NCBI GenBank assembly: GCA_965215015.1 | Contig: OZ244042.1 | Location: forward strand, 1,696,001-1,760,000 | Origin: Candidatus Poribacteria bacterium | Lineage (GTDB): Bacteria; Poribacteria; WGA-4E; PCPOR2b | Direction: 5' to 3' | Length of the DNA stretch: 64,000 nucleotides | Part shown: piece after piece, positions 10,092 through 21,130 of the stretch | Layout: each line of letters opens with the position of its first letter | How positions within the stretch are numbered: the stretch's first letter is position 1 | Made by a program: the position numbers and the translations under genes | The notes under the pieces: generated by a model | The model's input: only the letters and a program-made list of their open reading frames with translations | Told to the model about the DNA's origin: nothing | Databases searched by the model: none

Positions 10092-10418
10092 GAACGGATA
10101 CCGAGAGTCAGACGAGGCGTGATAGCGGAGAAGTAGTCAGAAATAGGGGCAACCCTTGTGATTGTCCTTATTACGTTGAGTTCTTCGAGTCTAACTTGCC
10201 TTGTTATCCCTTTGTTTACGCGATGCTTGTCTTTCTTCAGGTTTTACGTTGCGACAGGTGTCTGATAGGTGGACACACTAATCCACTGTTACATTGAAGA
10301 AATGATAGATACACGACATAAGATATGATATAATAACGCGCTGCAAACTTCAGCAACAACTTTGAACGGAAACTATATCTTTGCAAAGACCACATCACTC
10401 GACGAGGAGGATTCACGA

Positions 10419-11288
10419 TTGTCAATTGCTTTGGAGCCCGATGAAGTCGGGGCGAAAATTATTGATGGAAAACAGCTTGCCAGATCTATTCGGCGCGAAG
10501 TTCGCCGCCAAGTAAAGAAACTCAAATTTATTCCCGGACTTGCGGTGGTCCAGGTTGGAGACGATCCCGCTTCCACCGTTTACGTCAGCAACAAAGAGAA
10601 GGACTGTCAGTATGTCCGCTTTCATTCGGAGGTGCATCGAATGCCAGCTGAGACCCCGCAAGCAGCGGTCATCGAGCGGATTCACGCGCTGAACGATCGT
10701 AAGGATATACACGGGATTATCGCTCAAATGCCAGTCCCTGACGCTATTGATGGAAACGCTATCATCAACACAATCGTGCCTGAAAAGGACGCCGATGGTT
10801 TAACCCTTGTGAATTTAGGGAACCTTTTTGTCAATCGTGAACAGACCGTCCCATGCACCCCGTCAGGAATTATCCGCCTCATTGAATCAACAGACGTAAA
10901 AATCGAAGGGAGTCATGCGGTTTGTGTGGGGCGCAGCAGCCTAGTTGGAAAACCTGTCGGGTTGATGCTGCTCAACCGCAATGCAACAGTTACCTACTGC
11001 CACACGCGGACTCGCGACCTTGCATCGGAGACCCAGCAGGCAGACATTTTGGTTGCGGCAGTCGGCAAACCCAAGTTGATTACGGCAGATATGGTAAAAC
11101 CGGGGGCGGTTGTGATTGATGTGGGAATTACTATTGCTGAGAATGGCTTTGTCGGTGATGTTAATTTTGAAGGTGTTAAGGAAGTCGCTGGTTTTATCAC
11201 GCCCGTCCCCGGAGGCGTCGGGCCGATGACACGCGCGATGTTATTAGAAAATACATTAAAATTAGCTTTGGCTCAGCAAGAGAAATAG
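10419..11288 (+). CDS. folD: Bifunctional methylenetetrahydrofolate dehydrogenase/cyclohydrolase
   Basis: IIDGK, YVSNK, PEKDADG, PCTP, GRSxLVGKP, ITPVPGGVGPMT; TTG start after GAGGAGG. Confidence 0.95.
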   Translation: MSIALEPDEVGAKIIDGKQLARSIRREVRRQVKKLKFIPGLAVVQVGDDPASTVYVSNKEKDCQYVRFHSEVHRMPAETPQAAVIERIHALNDRKDIHGIIAQMPVPDAIDGNAIINTIVPEKDADGLTLVNLGNLFVNREQTVPCTPSGIIRLIESTDVKIEGSHAVCVGRSSLVGKPVGLMLLNRNATVTYCHTRTRDLASETQQADILVAAVGKPKLITADMVKPGAVVIDVGITIAENGFVGDVNFEGVKEVAGFITPVPGGVGPMTRAMLLENTLKLALAQQEK

Positions 11289-11426
11289 GTTTATCAACCG
11301 ATGGTACTAGTTTGCAACGGTTGTTCAGCGATTCACTGGTTCATTAGTTCACAGATGGATTTAACTCCTGTCTCCCTGAATTCTTGAACTTGCGTATTAC
11401 CCATCATACAAAAATGGAGATTTATT

Positions 11427-12191
11427 ATGGGATTTCCCGGATTCGATCTTAACGGTAAAGTGATATTGGTTACAGGTGCGGGCAAAGGCATTGGTAGAGG
11501 GCTCGCAATCGCTGCGGCACAGATGGGTGCCGATGTAATTTTGAATAGTCGGACACGCTCCGATCTCGAAGAGGTCGCGGAAGAGATACGGTCAGCAGGT
11601 GGTAAGGCTGAACCGGTAGTTTTCGATGTGAGCAAAATGGATGAAATCGATCGCGGTGCACAAGAAGCGGTTGAAGTCTGGGGGCGGGTCGATGTCCTCG
11701 TCAATAACGCCGGCACAAACCGCCCAAAACCGGCACTCGAGGTAACGGAAGACGATTGGGACACTGTCTACAACTTGAATCTCAAGGGATTATTTTTCCT
11801 CACACAGACGCTCGTGAAGCCGATGATTGAACGGGAAAGTGGGAAGATTATCAACATCACATCAACGATGGCATTGGTGGGAGGTCCCTTGCGGACAATT
11901 TACTCTGGCAGCAAGGGTGGAGTTGTGGCATTGACAAAAGGGCTTGCGGTCGAGTGGGCCCCTCACAATGTAACGGTGAATACCGTCGCTCCCGCATTCA
12001 CGCGAACACCGCTTGCCAACGAACTCTTAAAGCGTAAGGAGTTCTATGAAGATGTTGTGCGTCGCATTCCGATGGGGCGAGTTGGTGAAGTCGAAGAAGT
12101 TGTCGGCGCAGTGTTGTACCTCGCTTCGGACGCTGCCAGCTGGGTGACGGGTCAAACCATCGCTGTTGATGGGGGTTGGGTTGCTTGGTAG
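11427..12191 (+). CDS. SDR family oxidoreductase (gluconate 5-dehydrogenase / KduD-like)
   Basis: TGAGKGIG, NNAG, YSGSK, VDGGW. Confidence 0.88.
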   Translation: MGFPGFDLNGKVILVTGAGKGIGRGLAIAAAQMGADVILNSRTRSDLEEVAEEIRSAGGKAEPVVFDVSKMDEIDRGAQEAVEVWGRVDVLVNNAGTNRPKPALEVTEDDWDTVYNLNLKGLFFLTQTLVKPMIERESGKIINITSTMALVGGPLRTIYSGSKGGVVALTKGLAVEWAPHNVTVNTVAPAFTRTPLANELLKRKEFYEDVVRRIPMGRVGEVEEVVGAVLYLASDAASWVTGQTIAVDGGWVAW

Positions 12192-12302
12192 CTTACGCGC
12201 AGCATGGGGCGGCACACAAGCGGCAGTTATCTCTTGCATTTCTTCGCGACTTCCAGCCTATCAATTACAAATTCGGAAAATGTTTTCCAAAAGGAGCAAA
12301 GG

Positions 12303-14351
12303 ATGACAACAAGCGTTTCCGCAAATGGAGTCTCCATGCCCGAAATGGTTTCCATCAAAGCGGCCGACATCTCTGCGCCACCCGGGTGGGCACTGATGGA
12401 GCGCAATCTTATCAACCTCATGGAGGAAGCGGCACCCGTGATGGTCAAAAAATACACGGAACCGGGAGGTGCACTTTACTTCGCAGAGGACTTCGACGAT
12501 CTATATGAGCAGTTCTACAACTGGTGCCTGTTCTACGCTATCGGTGCTGATGAGAGTCTACTCAACCTGGCACTACAGGGGTGGAATGCGACGACCCGAA
12601 TCAGCGATGACAGCTTTAATCATCGCCTTCGACACAACGAGTTCACAAAAGTATTCAGACCATCGATGCACAACGAGTTCTGGAATCTGGCGCAATCTGC
12701 GGAATGGCATCATCTCGGCGAAGGCAACATGGCATTCTACGATTTCGGTGTTGCTTGTCCCACAGTCTCGGAGAACGTCCGTCGAGCCCGGAGATTTGCT
12801 GCGATGTTCAGCGGCGAAGATCCCGAAGCTCCCAATTACGACCCTGAGTATAAGATTTTCCGATCTCCGTTTCATTCGAGTCAGGGACCGAGGTTACATG
12901 CAGATGCAGATTTTGCCAACACTATGCTGCTCGCCGGAAGATTTCTAGGCGGGGAGGTCAACTATTACGGCGTGCGTGCGAGCCTTTATCCAATCATCGA
13001 AAATCTCGAACTGAATTGGTATGAAGACCCAAAACGCAGAGCGGAGATTGTCGAACTGTTTGAGAAGTTGGTCCTGCAGTGCGATACCCCTAATAGTTTA
13101 GGTGCTACTGCTCTCATCACGAATGCTTACCTGTATACAGGCGATGACAAGTACAAGCGGTGGGTATTGGAGTATACGGAAGCTTGGTTGGATCGGATGC
13201 GTCGCAATAACGGGGTTATGCCCGACAATGTGGGACCCACCGGAAAGATTGGAGAACACCGCAATGGTGTGTGGTGGGGGGGACAGTATGGCTGGAATCA
13301 TTATCAAGGCTATAATATCATGTTTCACTCGCTCACCATCGCCGCAGAATGTGCCCTGCTGCTCACCGGTGACTTCGGTTATCTTGAACTCCTCCGCTCC
13401 CAGATTCAGCTGCTGTTGGAGAATTCAGTCACGCGGGAGGATGGACAACTTATTATGCCCACGCGATATGGTCCCAACGGTTGGTGTTATGATCCACCAG
13501 TCGGCCCCTCAAACGATGATATTCTACCCATGAGGGGCGTCTACACGGGGCCAATTCCGTGGCGGATGCAGGAACTTGCTCATCTATATCATGCCTCAAT
13601 GTCCGCTGAAGATTATGAATTAATCACGCAGATAAGAGACGGTGAGGTCGAGCGTGATTGGAATGAAATTGGAGACAGGGGAGGCGAGAAGAACGGGGGT
13701 GAAACAGAATTTGCCCGCTTTCAATACTACGATGGGGTGAATCCAGAGTGGCCCGAGAAGATTCTGAGCGCGGAGTACCAATGGGCACTGGAAGCTTTCG
13801 ACAAGATGCGTCTTGATAATCGCACCGTCGAGGAAATTATTACAACGAACTACTTCCCGCCAAATCCCGTTTTCACGAAGGGCTTGACACAGGTCACGAT
13901 GGGTGCACCGCAGTCGGTTTATAATGGTGGGCTCCTCCGAGCAACTGTGCGCTACTTTGACCGGGACAACACTCGTCCCGGCTTACCGCGAGATGTTGCT
14001 GCCCTCGTCGATAAGTTGGCGTCAGATGCGGTCGGAATCCAACTGGTGAACCTCAGCAACACTGAAACCCGAAACGCCATTGTGCAGGCGGGTGCTTTCG
14101 GAGAACACCAGTTTACTGGGCTCAAATACCGAGAGATGAGTCAAGAGGATTTACATCAAAACCCCTATTTATGGCTACGGTCGGAACGGGAATATAGAAA
14201 AAAAGAAATCTCGGTCAATGCGAAGTATTTCGCAGTCGAACTTCCGCCTTCGACATCCGTTCGGCTGGAGGTCGGTATGTGTCGCTTTGTGAATGATCCA
14301 AGCTACGCCTTCCCGTGGCACGGGGGGACGATTCCTGTGCCATTTCAATAG
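12303..14351 (+). CDS. Conserved hypothetical protein, possibly an alpha/alpha-toroid glycosidase-like enzyme
   Basis: Long ORF with RBS AAGGAG; aromatic-rich helical motifs (NAYLYTGDDKY, PDNVG, WWGGQYGW). The fold assignment is an inference. Confidence 0.6.
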   Translation: MTTSVSANGVSMPEMVSIKAADISAPPGWALMERNLINLMEEAAPVMVKKYTEPGGALYFAEDFDDLYEQFYNWCLFYAIGADESLLNLALQGWNATTRISDDSFNHRLRHNEFTKVFRPSMHNEFWNLAQSAEWHHLGEGNMAFYDFGVACPTVSENVRRARRFAAMFSGEDPEAPNYDPEYKIFRSPFHSSQGPRLHADADFANTMLLAGRFLGGEVNYYGVRASLYPIIENLELNWYEDPKRRAEIVELFEKLVLQCDTPNSLGATALITNAYLYTGDDKYKRWVLEYTEAWLDRMRRNNGVMPDNVGPTGKIGEHRNGVWWGGQYGWNHYQGYNIMFHSLTIAAECALLLTGDFGYLELLRSQIQLLLENSVTREDGQLIMPTRYGPNGWCYDPPVGPSNDDILPMRGVYTGPIPWRMQELAHLYHASMSAEDYELITQIRDGEVERDWNEIGDRGGEKNGGETEFARFQYYDGVNPEWPEKILSAEYQWALEAFDKMRLDNRTVEEIITTNYFPPNPVFTKGLTQVTMGAPQSVYNGGLLRATVRYFDRDNTRPGLPRDVAALVDKLASDAVGIQLVNLSNTETRNAIVQAGAFGEHQFTGLKYREMSQEDLHQNPYLWLRSEREYRKKEISVNAKYFAVELPPSTSVRLEVGMCRFVNDPSYAFPWHGGTIPVPFQ

Positions 14352-14925
14352 CTTCGTAATTTGCCACACTTGTGTCGAGGCATAGTAAAAAACTGGGCTC
14401 CTTGTAGCTCAGATTACTATATCAAATCCCTCTGTGATTACAATACCGAAAGTTTCATTTTCTGTATTTGAACCGTGCAATCGCGCATTGCTCTGCCAAT
14501 TCAACGCGTGCATAATGGGCAGGCTTTGAGATGATTTCCATCGCCCTGCAACTGGCATATCCACAACAGACGCGCCAGCTTGGGCAAGCAATACCGCAGA
14601 TGTGTCGCTTGCAGACGCGAAAACGCAAGTGGATTGTTGGACACAATCGCTGGCTTTTCTCCGTTTCTATGAAATTGAGCAGTTCTGGCATCAATTTCAG
14701 AATTTTCACTTTACATGGTACAAGGAGATTTTTCTTTTATCAGATATCACCCCGAAAAAAATATCGATCGGTACGCTTCTAATGCACATCGCACAAGTGA
14801 AATCTTAGTAAGTGGGAACACAACACCAGCAATTCGTAAACGGGCGGCGGAAATAATTGGGGGTGCCCACGCGGAAAATGCACTGCGTTGCATTGCAAGT
14901 GCGAGAGATTGTTCGCTATTGATTG

Positions 14926-16101
14926 TTATGCCGGTAACGGTTGCAGCGATGCACCGATAGGGCGGGCTCCTGTTGGACGCCAAGGAATCGAATCATAGGA
15001 GTGGTATGCGATATCAAGGTGTGGCGTTTCGAGGCGAACATAACCTTGATAGCGTGAATCCAAAGCGGCTTCCAATACACCCGATGTGAGCAATGTCCGT
15101 TCGATTGGGTAGGTCGGCACCCCGGTGACAAACATCTCTTCGATATTTAAACTGAGGTAGCTGAAGTGTGGGTGCGGATCTCCATGTAAATAGAATTCCG
15201 ATCCGTAGATATTGCTGTCAATCCTCGCTGCGTAAGCCAAGTCAGTTACATAGCCGTTCAGCATCAAGGCTGCTCCGCGGAACCCATCCCGATATTCTAG
15301 AAGAAAAAGCGCAGGATTTTTACAGTGCTCTTCCATAGAGCCAGACGGTTTATTCTCTATTGGCGCGCAAGCAGCCTCCGCCAGTTCGCGCCACCACGCC
15401 CCGGCTTTTCCTGACTCCCACACCGCATCACCCTCCAGGCAGGTCACCGCAGTGACACCAGTTTCACCGCCGACACGCCGCTCGACCATACATTGGAGCG
15501 TTTCCAGTGTATGAAAGCCGTAGATGTCCAAACCTGAATAGCCGATTGAAACCGCTTCCGTGATTGGGGTTTCCAACGGATGTTCCAACCATGGATTGCG
15601 ATAAGCGAAAGGCAGGGATGAACCTGCCATGAACGGTGCACCGAGCTGCGCCGCACGGTCAACCATCCATTTAGCATCGTACCAGTTATAGGAAAGGTGT
15701 TTATCATTAAAAACAGGGACACCTCCCGCACTTGTCGAAAAAACGCCGCAAATCTGCTCCATGAAGTATCTGCGCGGATAGAGTTGCTGGTCTTTCTCGT
15801 TCCAAGCGTAGTCGCCGTGCTCCCCGATCAGGAGGACACCATCGACAGCGAGCTCACTTCCACCGAGCGTCAACGCCTTAGCGATACTCGGATAGATTGG
15901 CACATTATATGCTGCGGCAAATCCTCGACTCAAATCATTTTCGGGAAACTGATCGATATACATTGACGCAATTTCGATGCGCGGTTGAATCAATCCATCG
16001 TCTGTCGGGAGCCCTTTCAGGAACTTGGTGACAATTACATCAGCGTGGGACCCCGGACGGTACTCGGTAATGATTGCTGCAATCTTTTTACGCTCGGACA
16101 T
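14926..16101 (-). CDS. Conserved hypothetical protein, Gfo/Idh/MocA-like oxidoreductase fold
   Basis: KKIAAIITEY, DGVLLIGEHGDY, VFNDKHLS, MAGSSLP, YGFHTLE; RBS AAGGAG. Confidence 0.65.
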   Translation of the reverse strand: MSERKKIAAIITEYRPGSHADVIVTKFLKGLPTDDGLIQPRIEIASMYIDQFPENDLSRGFAAAYNVPIYPSIAKALTLGGSELAVDGVLLIGEHGDYAWNEKDQQLYPRRYFMEQICGVFSTSAGGVPVFNDKHLSYNWYDAKWMVDRAAQLGAPFMAGSSLPFAYRNPWLEHPLETPITEAVSIGYSGLDIYGFHTLETLQCMVERRVGGETGVTAVTCLEGDAVWESGKAGAWWRELAEAACAPIENKPSGSMEEHCKNPALFLLEYRDGFRGAALMLNGYVTDLAYAARIDSNIYGSEFYLHGDPHPHFSYLSLNIEEMFVTGVPTYPIERTLLTSGVLEAALDSRYQGYVRLETPHLDIAYHSYDSIPWRPTGARPIGASLQPLPA

Positions 16102-16163
16102 TTTGCTATCTCCTTAGCGGCATCCTTTTCCAACAAGGCACTATATTCTTCACGTTTTACGTT

Positions 16164-17198
16164 TCATTCCTCGTAAACTACACCTAACTTGATACTCTTC
16201 TCCGGTGCTTCATCAATGTCCCGATAGGCTGTAGCCGATTCACTGAATGGGACAATCGGATAGACTAAACTTTCCACCGAAAGTCGCTCTTCCCGCAATA
16301 GTGCGAAGGCCTCCGTATGCAGTCGGTGTGTGTCCCATAATGGATGGCCAGGGATAGGTTGGCTCACATCACGGGTCGAAATCATCGTCAATCGATTCCG
16401 GTGCCACTCCCCTTCAAGGCTTAATGCGCGGGCATCCCCTGTGTAATATGCCGAAGACACAATCGTTCCCATGTAGCCTGTGGCGCGCAAGGCATCGTTC
16501 AGTGCAGCATAAATACCACTTGTTTCTAGGGAGACATCAACGCCAATCTTGTCTGTCAAATCTTTGATGACCAGGCCAGCGTCTTCAGTAGTTGGATCGA
16601 TAACTATATCTGCACCGTGCCGCTTGGCAAGCTCACGACGAACAAGAATCGGATCCGTTGCAGCAATCCACCGCGCCCCTTGGAGTCGTGCAATCTGCAC
16701 CGCCATCTGCCCAATCGCCCCAAGTCCAAACACCGCCACACGGTCACCGAGACCGATTTTGCTATCCCGCACTGGACTGAGTGCAACACCCGCCGGATCC
16801 GAATACACGATAGCTTCGGGGGACATCCGATCCGGCACCGCTTCTAAACGTTCTTCGTGGACAGTGTGTGTTTCACGGATGGGCAGATGTCCGAAAACAC
16901 GATCCCCTACCTGAAAGCATGTCGCACCTTCACCAATTTCAATCACTTCGCCAACCGTCATGTTACCTAACCGTATCGGGAATTTCGGGGTGCCCCCTTC
17001 TCCGATATGCATCCGGCGTTCCCACTCAAAAGGGGAGATATGGTCTTTCGTTTCAGCACGATAGCCGCGAAGCTCTGATCCATGTTTGGGCGCAGAAAAG
17101 ATACTTCGCAGTCGCACTTCACCGGGATTGAGTGACGGTTCCTCGTATTCACGAAGCACAGGTGTCCGGGGCGCAATAGCAATGAGTTCTCTGGGCAT
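16164..17198 (-). CDS. Medium-chain (zinc-binding type) dehydrogenase
   Basis: GroES-like N-terminal domain (FQVGDRV); VAVFGLGAIG Rossmann motif. Confidence 0.85.
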   Translation of the reverse strand: MPRELIAIAPRTPVLREYEEPSLNPGEVRLRSIFSAPKHGSELRGYRAETKDHISPFEWERRMHIGEGGTPKFPIRLGNMTVGEVIEIGEGATCFQVGDRVFGHLPIRETHTVHEERLEAVPDRMSPEAIVYSDPAGVALSPVRDSKIGLGDRVAVFGLGAIGQMAVQIARLQGARWIAATDPILVRRELAKRHGADIVIDPTTEDAGLVIKDLTDKIGVDVSLETSGIYAALNDALRATGYMGTIVSSAYYTGDARALSLEGEWHRNRLTMISTRDVSQPIPGHPLWDTHRLHTEAFALLREERLSVESLVYPIVPFSESATAYRDIDEAPEKSIKLGVVYEE

Positions 17199-17644
17199 TT
17201 TTGAATCCTTTTGAATAATGTCACGGCGCGCTGCATTCCTCTCTACACTAATCCACTACATGGGCCTAGCAACGTGCCGCGTCCAAAAATAGAAACCGCT
17301 TGGGATGAGCGGAGGTAAATCCTGATTTATCAGAGCAACTCCCACCCCTATCATCAGAGTATACGCCTGATGACAGGAGTACTATAAAGGATAATAGTCA
17401 TTATAATTATTCTACAAACGGTTGTCAATGGAATTGGCACCACTTGATCAGAATGATCTGATTTTTTTATCCATAGGAAATTTGTAGTACTACTTTAAAA
17501 TTGACCCTGCATCTTAGGACGTGATAAGATATAATTTAACGTTGGAGATACAGATGGATGTCAGCGACTGAAGTTCAAGTACATAATACCTAAGGTGTAA
17601 TATGGGCTGAATTGCCCCAATTTCGGTTCTTAGCGAAAGGGTCT

Positions 17645-18877
17645 ATGTCTACGTCAATAATTCCCCGCTCGGTGCAGCAGCGGGTAACGGCAACGTTGTT
17701 CATCTCGCAGAGTTTGTTCAGCGCATCAACGATTTTGTCGTTTACACTCTTGCCAATTATTTCTGCACACTTGAGTGGGGCCGACCGTGCCGCAGGAGTG
17801 CCACCCACAATGATGATGTTGGGACGAGCTGTTGCCGCCTACCCCGTGGGCTGGCTTATGGATCACATCGGACGGCGGCCGGGGCTATCGTTGGGTTATC
17901 TATTTGCTACAGTCGGGTCAGCACTCAGCGTGCTATCAATTAGCAGGTGGGAGTCGTTCCCATGGCTTTGCGCCGGCGTGCTGCTAATCGGCATGGGACG
18001 TGGGGTGAGTGAACAAGCACGGTTTATTGCAGCTGAGGCCTATCCCCCGGTTAGGCGGGCGAGCGTGATTGGTCTTATTGTATTTGCTGGGACTATAGGG
18101 GCTGTAGGGGGGCCGCTACTGGTATCTCCTTCGACATCGTTAGCGGCGTACTTCGGCTTGCACGTCCACGCTGGACCTTACCTGATATCGGTAGTACTTG
18201 CTGCTCTGGCTCTGATGCTGACCCTTTTCCTACTATATCCAGATCCCATGAAGGTTGGGAGGACGCTCGCGAGAGACTCGAATGGGGTGGAGAAGAAAAA
18301 CACCGGGCGCAAGTTGCGCCAAATCTTTGTCGACAGGACAGTAAGGCTTGGTGTGGCGGCGATGATAATCGGCCAGTTTGTTATGACGTTAATTATGGTA
18401 ATTACACCGCTGCACATGAATCATCACGCCCATGGAGCACAGGCGATTTCGTGGGTGATAATGGCGCATACACTGGGGATGTACGGGCTTTCGAGCCTAA
18501 CGAGCCGCCTGACTGAACGTTTCGGTCAAGTAAAGATAGTGTTCATCGGTGCATTGATACTGGGTGTTTCCGCTGCGCTAACCCCAATTTCCAATCGGGT
18601 CCCTATGCTTGCCTCTACTCTATTCCTACTGGGTTTGGGCTGGAATTTCTGTTTTATCGCGGGATCGGCACTGTTTTTCAGTGGCCTTTTGCCCTTTGAA
18701 CGAGGGCGGGCACAGGGTGCTAATGAGATGATGGTAGCTCTGGCAGCGGGCACAGGTAGTATGGGAACAGGGGCGGTGTTTGCAGAATTAGGGATTGCAG
18801 CTGTGAGCACAATTGGGCTTGCCTTTTCGTTGATGTTAATCGTAGCGGCAGTCTGGCGGTTATTGAACACGAGATGA
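17645..18877 (+). CDS. MFS transporter
   Basis: About 12 hydrophobic segments; motif A-like GWLMDHIGRR. Confidence 0.9.
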   Translation: MSTSIIPRSVQQRVTATLFISQSLFSASTILSFTLLPIISAHLSGADRAAGVPPTMMMLGRAVAAYPVGWLMDHIGRRPGLSLGYLFATVGSALSVLSISRWESFPWLCAGVLLIGMGRGVSEQARFIAAEAYPPVRRASVIGLIVFAGTIGAVGGPLLVSPSTSLAAYFGLHVHAGPYLISVVLAALALMLTLFLLYPDPMKVGRTLARDSNGVEKKNTGRKLRQIFVDRTVRLGVAAMIIGQFVMTLIMVITPLHMNHHAHGAQAISWVIMAHTLGMYGLSSLTSRLTERFGQVKIVFIGALILGVSAALTPISNRVPMLASTLFLLGLGWNFCFIAGSALFFSGLLPFERGRAQGANEMMVALAAGTGSMGTGAVFAELGIAAVSTIGLAFSLMLIVAAVWRLLNTR

Positions 18878-19052
18878 TATGACATCTGTAATTATCTGAA
18901 CCGATTCTATATCGCAAATTACGGTACTGAACAAATAGACTTAATCTCGCTAATACTCAGGTTGGGATGGAACGCCACGTTATGGCGGAGCCATCGTTAC
19001 GCCGAACAGTATGAATAAATCAACTGATTCACTTAAAAATATAACGGAGGAA

Positions 19053-19355
19053 ATGATGATTGGTGTGTTAACTCACCATTGGGCAAATGAGGAACAGTTT
19101 GATGAGGCTCGCGAACTCCTAGATCGCAATGGACTAGCACAGAGCAAAGCCCCCGGATTTATTAGTCGAGTGACGCTTGTCTCCACCACCGACCCAACAA
19201 AAATAACCTCGTTGGTGACTTGGGAGAGTAACGAGATCTACGACGCTTGGCGCGCTTCTCCGGAACGGGCAGCTGTGATGGATGGCGCATCAGTATTGTG
19301 GTCGAAACCCACCGAGTCAGAACGCTTTGAAGTTGTAGGTAGGTTAGAAAAGTAA
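19053..19355 (+). CDS. Antibiotic biosynthesis monooxygenase (ABM) family protein
   Basis: About 100 aa; APGFIS, WES...AWRASPE pattern; RBS GGAGG. Confidence 0.75.
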   Translation: MMIGVLTHHWANEEQFDEARELLDRNGLAQSKAPGFISRVTLVSTTDPTKITSLVTWESNEIYDAWRASPERAAVMDGASVLWSKPTESERFEVVGRLEK

Positions 19356-19498
19356 CCCTCAAATGAGGTCCGGTAAGTAGACTTTAGTAGTATCTATGCG
19401 TCTCCACAAAGCCATTATGGGCACCGATAATAGTTCTAGAGTTCGAGGCGAAAGCCTCAACCTCCAGTCCGTTAAATTAACGTTACCAGATTTTAACG

Positions 19499-19605
19499 CA
19501 AGTTGCTAGTAGTAGGAGACACCCCAAACCGGTCGAGCAAGATGCCCGACCTATGGTATGTGTACAGGTTACGGCATACGGGGTATGCCTACCACTAGCA
19601 ACTTG
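19499..19605. repeat. Inverted-repeat-bounded REP/MITE-like element between convergent genes
   Basis: CAAGTTGCTAGTAGTAGG...CCTACCACTAGCAACTTG; related half-sites (TGCCTACTACT) near 33663 and 53631. Confidence 0.55.
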
Positions 19606-19607
19606 GA

Positions 19608-20822
19608 TTACTCTACAAATGATCCTTCCTGCTGCACCCGGTCATAGATTCTGGCAAATTCCTCGGAACCATCGTCGTCCCAAAGTTCCTGCTTGAGGCC
19701 CCGGATAGTCCCTTCCTCTCGCCCTGTCAGTCGGCTTACCGGAGCGAAGGATGGCGTATAGATCTTATGACCACCCGGCATGTGCAGTACGCCGACATGT
19801 TTAGGAACCTCTGTCGGTGGATTTGCCGCCACCCGTGCTAGCGCATCTTCGTCTACCTCAATTCCTAAGCCGGGACCCTCTGGAACGGGTGAGAATCCTT
19901 CGATGACCGGAATCCGTTCCGCGGTTATGTCTTCTTCATACTGGTCGTCGAGGTTTACCGAATGCCCTGTCATCGTGGGCAAAACGGCACCCATGTGTAG
20001 TGCCAATGCCTTAGTGAGTGTACCACCTGTCAGCTGTATAATCACTTGAACGTTTGCCTTTCCACATGCGAAACCGCGTATCAGGCTATCACCGATACCA
20101 CTTTCCCCCACCATGTAGGCGTCTGCAAGTCCGTGGATGATTTCTTGTACACCCCCGAGTTGCGGAACATGCATGATAATTGGGAGACGGCTCTGCTCCC
20201 GTAACCGCCGCCAACCGTCTATATCGTTTCGCACAATCGGATCCTCAATGTATCCAACGACGGGGTGATTCTCCAATTCACGCACGATAGGTAGGACCGC
20301 TGCTAAGCTGCGATTGCTGTTGAAGTCGTAGTGAATCTTAAATCCTTCCGGCACGACTTCCTCTGCTAGCCGTGTTTGCTCCATCACATCATAATATTCA
20401 CATGTGTGCATCTTAAAGGTCATATATCCCTGATCTACTGCGCGACGGATTTCGTCACGGAACGCTTCCGGTGCTGCGGGTCTCGTCCACGCAGCAACCG
20501 AAATTGCATCTCTCACTTTTTGTCCCATTAGCTTGTAGACAGGAATTTCTAAATGTTTGCCCATCACATCGTAGAGTGCACCACACAACCCTATATTCAA
20601 ATTGTTATTGATAAAATCAAATGGATTGCAACCAATGAGTGGTTCCACACTTGACCGATCAGGTGCTGAACAACGATAGTCGCCGTAACCAACTAAGCCG
20701 TTGTCTGTGTGCACTTTGAAGATTGTGCGATGGTTGATGGCGGAGAATCGGGCTTTGTAATCCGTATTGCGTTCAGCGATACGCGGGTAAATCGGGATAA
20801 TCTCAATGTCGGTAATTTTCAT
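19608..20822 (-). CDS. Mandelate racemase / muconate lactonizing enzyme family protein
   Basis: MKITDIEI start with RBS AGGAG; ALYDVMGK...PVYKLMG; YDFN, IEDP, PEGPGLGIE. Confidence 0.85.
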   Translation of the reverse strand: MKITDIEIIPIYPRIAERNTDYKARFSAINHRTIFKVHTDNGLVGYGDYRCSAPDRSSVEPLIGCNPFDFINNNLNIGLCGALYDVMGKHLEIPVYKLMGQKVRDAISVAAWTRPAAPEAFRDEIRRAVDQGYMTFKMHTCEYYDVMEQTRLAEEVVPEGFKIHYDFNSNRSLAAVLPIVRELENHPVVGYIEDPIVRNDIDGWRRLREQSRLPIIMHVPQLGGVQEIIHGLADAYMVGESGIGDSLIRGFACGKANVQVIIQLTGGTLTKALALHMGAVLPTMTGHSVNLDDQYEEDITAERIPVIEGFSPVPEGPGLGIEVDEDALARVAANPPTEVPKHVGVLHMPGGHKIYTPSFAPVSRLTGREEGTIRGLKQELWDDDGSEEFARIYDRVQQEGSFVE

Positions 20823-21130
20823 AGTGTAAACTCCTATCGTATGGAACAAATCGGTGCGCGGCATTGCGTCCGAGTTGAGTAAATCCTTTGCTCTGTTTCG
20901 TATCCACCAAGGGCTGTGGACAGCTACCGATGAACCTTCATCAGCTTTCAATTGTGGAAATTCTGGGACAATTATTGCACTCAAGACAGGCAAAGTCAAG
21001 TGCCTTTTCGCTTGAGAACTCGCTTGATGCTTTGCTATAATTAAACACTTAGAACTCCAAATCATATCGTTCACAGCTAAGGTTATACAGAGGTTGCAAA
21101 GCGTCGCAACGATTTGAGGAGAACTGTGTT

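Noticed and set aside
14409-14983. Short overlapping ORFs between convergent genes
   Set aside because: No recognisable motifs or convincing RBS; they could be a decayed fragment.
17300-17375. Riboswitch-like hairpins upstream of the MDR gene
   Set aside because: No known aptamer consensus, and CTGATAAATCAG resembles the CCCCGATAAATCGGGG REP at ~44315.
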